IMG/VR virus record: IMGVR_UViG_2671180254_000012
Direction: 5' to 3' (one strand)
DNA from: a virus
Taxonomy: Duplodnaviria > Heunggongvirae > Uroviricota > Caudoviricetes
Length of the DNA stretch: 9,669 nt
Part shown: positions 7,546-9,669 of the stretch, one piece after another
Layout of the letters: each line of letters starts with the position of its first letter
Position numbering within the stretch: the first letter of the stretch is position 1
Position numbers and translations under genes: made by a program
Notes under the pieces: generated by a model
What the model was told of the DNA's origin: nothing
The model's input: only the letters and a program-made list of their open reading frames with translations
Database searches by the model: none

Positions 7546-7585
7546 AATAGCACTGTTATTTTTAAAAGTAAATAGTGATACTATT
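7546..7585. promoter_or_regulatory. OR-like operator region: two 15-bp inverted-repeat sites (AATAG-N5-YTATT) between the divergent repressor and cro-like genes
   Basis: AATAGTGATACTATT at 7571-7585 (6-bp arms AATAGT/ACTATT, 3-bp spacer) and the imperfect AATAGCACTGTTATT at 7546-7560, 25 bp centre to centre; on the minus strand a TTGAAA -35-like hexamer flanks the palindrome. Confidence 0.45.
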
Positions 7586-7620
7586 TCAAAGTGATTAGCA
7601 ATCTTATTAGAATTGGATGT

Positions 7621-8121
7621 ATGAAAAGAAAATCATTGTCAGACACCGACCTCAACGCCGCCAGAAGACTGAAAGAAATCTGGATGGCAAAGAAATCTCA
7701 GTTGGGATTGACTCAGGAACGTGCGGCGGAAATTATGGGGTTTTCAACACAAGGGGCGGTAAGTCACTACCTAAATGGTCAAACCCCACTAAACCTTGAG
7801 GCTGTTCTAAAGTTTGCTGGCTTACTGAAAGTTCCCCCTGAGTCAATCAGGCCAGACATGGTAGATTTGCTGCAAATTGCAAGGATGTATTGTCGAGAAC
7901 CACAGCAAGATAACATAGTCGCATTACCAGCAGACACAGAACAAACAGAGGATGAACTACCGTTTGCCGTAGAGCCGATGGAACGAGATTTAATCCATAC
8001 GTTCAGAGCTTTTCCGAAAGAAGATCAAGAACACATGCTTCAGGAGATGAAAGATAAAAAAGAATCAATGGATCGTACGGTTGCGCGGTGGTTAGCTGCA
8101 CAAAAAGGCCGTCGCGCCTAA
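7621..8121 (+). CDS. cI-like prophage repressor (RacR/PaaR2-like), HTH XRE-type N-terminal domain, no recognisable LexA-type peptidase domain
   Basis: ATG at 7621 (the track start at 7591 is a GTG); HTH LGLTQERAAEIMGFSTQGAVSHYLNG; divergent to the cro-like gene; no obvious SD, so possibly a leaderless or short-leader transcript as for lambda cI from pRM. Confidence 0.65.
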   Translation: MKRKSLSDTDLNAARRLKEIWMAKKSQLGLTQERAAEIMGFSTQGAVSHYLNGQTPLNLEAVLKFAGLLKVPPESIRPDMVDLLQIARMYCREPQQDNIVALPADTEQTEDELPFAVEPMERDLIHTFRAFPKEDQEHMLQEMKDKKESMDRTVARWLAAQKGRRA

Positions 8122-8140
8122 ATCAGAGGAGATATGTAAA

Positions 8141-8335
8141 ATGAGTACAGTCCTTTCCCCAATGGTTTCAGAATTTGAGACAGTTGAGCAAGAAAATAGT
8201 TACAACGAATGGCTGCGGGCCAAAGTAGCAGCAAGCCTCGCGGATCCCCGCCCGGCGATTCCGCATGATGAGGTAATGGCGGAAATGGAACAAATTATTG
8301 CCCAAATTGCTGCTGCAACTCACAGAGGTGAATAA
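8141..8335 (+). CDS. paaA2: PaaA2-like antitoxin (ParE-associated antitoxin)
   Basis: 64-aa ORF with AGAGGAGA RBS; sequence ...SPMVSEFETVEQENSYNEWLRAKVAASLADPRPAIPHDEV... recalled as close to E. coli O157 PaaA2; stop TAA overlaps the toxin ATG by 1 nt. Confidence 0.65.
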   Translation: MSTVLSPMVSEFETVEQENSYNEWLRAKVAASLADPRPAIPHDEVMAEMEQIIAQIAAATHRGE

Positions 8336-8625
8336 TGTTACCCGTTTTATGGCTACCATCTGCTCGTGATGATTTGCGCCAGATCGTAGCCTACATAGCT
8401 AAAGAAAATCCCGCGGCAGCACGCAGAATGAAAATTCGAATTGAAACATCCGTTTTGCCGCTCACAGAGCATCCTTACCTGTATCCTCCAAGCGAGCGAG
8501 TTCTTGGTCTTCGTGAAATTGTAACTCATCCTAACTACATCATCCTTTACCGAGTAACAGCATCAAGCATAGAAGTAGTAAATATTGTGCATTCTCGAAG
8601 ACAGTATCCAGGCAAAAACAGTTAA
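8335..8625 (+). CDS. parE2: ParE/RelE-family toxin (ParE2-like)
   Basis: 96-aa ORF MLPVLWLPSARDDL...EHPYLYPPSERVLGLREIVTHPNYIILYRV...; GAGGTG RBS; translationally coupled to the upstream antitoxin. Confidence 0.7.
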   Translation: MLPVLWLPSARDDLRQIVAYIAKENPAAARRMKIRIETSVLPLTEHPYLYPPSERVLGLREIVTHPNYIILYRVTASSIEVVNIVHSRRQYPGKNS

Positions 8626-8641
8626 TTATTCCCGCCGACAG

Positions 8642-8663
8642 AACCACCTTAGGGTGGTTTTTT
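8642..8663 (+). terminator. Rho-independent terminator candidate after the toxin gene
   Basis: AACCACC-TTAG-GGTGGTT stem-loop followed by TTTTTT, 17 nt after the parE2-like stop. Confidence 0.5.
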
Positions 8664-8681
8664 CTTGCCCCAACAAAAAAC

Positions 8682-8723
8682 AATAGCGATGCTATTTACA
8701 TCAAAAAAAATAATGATGCTATT
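8682..8723. promoter_or_regulatory. OL-like operator region: perfect 15-bp inverted repeat AATAGCGATGCTATT plus a second imperfect site
   Basis: AATAGCGATGCTATT at 8682-8696 (6-bp arms, 3-bp spacer GAT) and AATAATGATGCTATT at 8709-8723, 27 bp centre to centre; same motif family as 7546-7585; upstream of the ydaF-like gene. Confidence 0.45.
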
Positions 8724-8904
8724 GTTTCAGGCGTCAACCCACCCCGCCCCACAGAATGCAGGGCAATACTTCGAGTTACCAGACAGTGGTCAGGGGTTAA
8801 GTAGCCAGCCCGAGGCGTAAGAACATGACGGCAGGGTTCAATCTTTAACTATGCAGCAGGTTTTTTGTTCCGCCACCCCGGCGTTAAGGGGAAATGAGGT
8901 CAGC

Positions 8905-9057
8905 ATGGATACTATCGATCTTGGCAACAACGAATCTCTGGTGTGCGGCGTGTTCCCTAACCAGGATGGAACGTTTACCGCCATGACGTATACCAAAAGC
9001 AAAACGTTTAAAACCGAATCTGGCGCGCGTTGCTGGTTAGCCAGAAACACTGACTGA
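8905..9057 (+). CDS. Small YdaF-like protein (DUF1391-type, Rac prophage family)
   Basis: ATG at 8905 with GAGG RBS; MDTIDLGNNESLVCGVFPNQDGTFTAMTYTKSKTFKTESGARCWLARNTD recalled as similar to Rac YdaF; the track ORF begins earlier at 8851 without an SD. Confidence 0.5.
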   Translation: MDTIDLGNNESLVCGVFPNQDGTFTAMTYTKSKTFKTESGARCWLARNTD

Positions 9058-9068
9058 TGAGGCTGACG

Positions 9069-9434
9069 ATGGAATTTAAAGATTTACCGTCTGATGTACA
9101 GAAAACAGCAGCTCATACATTGCATTCTGTGCTGCGAGAAATCGGGAAAGATATTGCAAGCGAGCCAGCAAAAGATCTGGCCCGGAAAATCAAGACCGCT
9201 TTCGTTGAGCTTTATAATGTTGGCACTGACTCTGAAACTGTCGAGACCAAGACCGTAAGTTCACCAATATTCTCACTTGAGCCAAGCGTATTATCAGGTG
9301 AAATATGCACCGAGATTTCCAGCGAACTGCTTCCGGTAATACGAGAAGCAATTCGCCGTCGCGGTTTGGATGGAAGTTATGATCATGACGTTCTGCAAGT
9401 TCTCAGGACAATGGTGACTTCACTGGGGATTTGA
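9069..9434 (+). CDS. Hypothetical protein in the early-left operon position (121 aa)
   Basis: ATG at 9069 with GAGG 6 nt upstream; an alternative ATG at 9057 overlaps the upstream stop. No recognisable motif; not arginine-rich, so not an N-type antiterminator. Confidence 0.45.
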   Translation: MEFKDLPSDVQKTAAHTLHSVLREIGKDIASEPAKDLARKIKTAFVELYNVGTDSETVETKTVSSPIFSLEPSVLSGEICTEISSELLPVIREAIRRRGLDGSYDHDVLQVLRTMVTSLGI

Positions 9435-9669
9435 TCCCTGCGTCCTCTAAGCTTTTGATATAGCGGTCCTCCAAGAAGCGGTAAATTTTGTCGAAATCAT
9501 CTTTTCCCTCTGGTTTATTCAGAGGATTACAGGACCCGTAAGTAGCGGCATACATTTCAACCGTTTGGTAATGACTCCAACTTATTGATAGTGTTTTATG
9601 TTCAGATAATGCCCGATGACTTTGTCATGCAGCTCCACCGATTTTGAGAACGACAGCGACTTCCGTCCC

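Noticed and set aside
7082-7799. ORFs 7082-7285 (+) and 7617-7799 (+)
   Set aside because: The first is antisense to the YdaT-like and cro-like genes; the second is an alternative frame inside the repressor gene.
8848-8866. T-run (GGTTTTTTG) upstream of the ydaF-like gene as a terminator
   Set aside because: No convincing GC-rich stem precedes the T-tract.
8168-9050. Minus-strand ORFs 8168-8359 and 8838-9050
   Set aside because: Antisense to the coupled antitoxin/toxin genes and to the ydaF-like gene respectively; no RBS.

Overview
The window reads as the immunity and replication core of a lambdoid (Rac-like) prophage with accessory modules attached. Minus strand, 7509 down to 243: a Cro/YdaS-like HTH gene ATGA-coupled to a YdaT-like gene, a replication initiator carrying internal iteron-like repeats (candidate origin), a DnaC-like AAA+ helicase loader, three small uncharacterised genes, then a PstI/BsuBI-family Type II restriction-modification pair (N6-adenine methyltransferase with NPPY motif, ATGA-coupled to the endonuclease). 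Plus strand, from 7621: a cI-like repressor without peptidase domain, a PaaA2/ParE2-like antitoxin-toxin pair in the position lambda gives to rexAB, a terminator, operator-like palindromes, a small YdaF-like gene and a 121-aa unknown. The same 15-bp inverted repeat (AATAG-N5-CTATT) occurs in the divergent repressor/cro region and again upstream of the YdaF-like gene, consistent with OR-like and OL-like operator sets. The first 90 bp match, from memory, the p15A (ColE1-type) replicon flank carried in pACYC184, so the element may be a plasmid or phage-plasmid; this needs a database search. Three N-runs (2797-3058, 5477-5726, 6641-6895) interrupt genes, so several gene ends are not visible and the long ORFs read through them in the supplied track are artefacts. 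No rRNA, tRNA or CRISPR array was seen. All family assignments rest on recognised protein motifs and recalled homology, not on searches.
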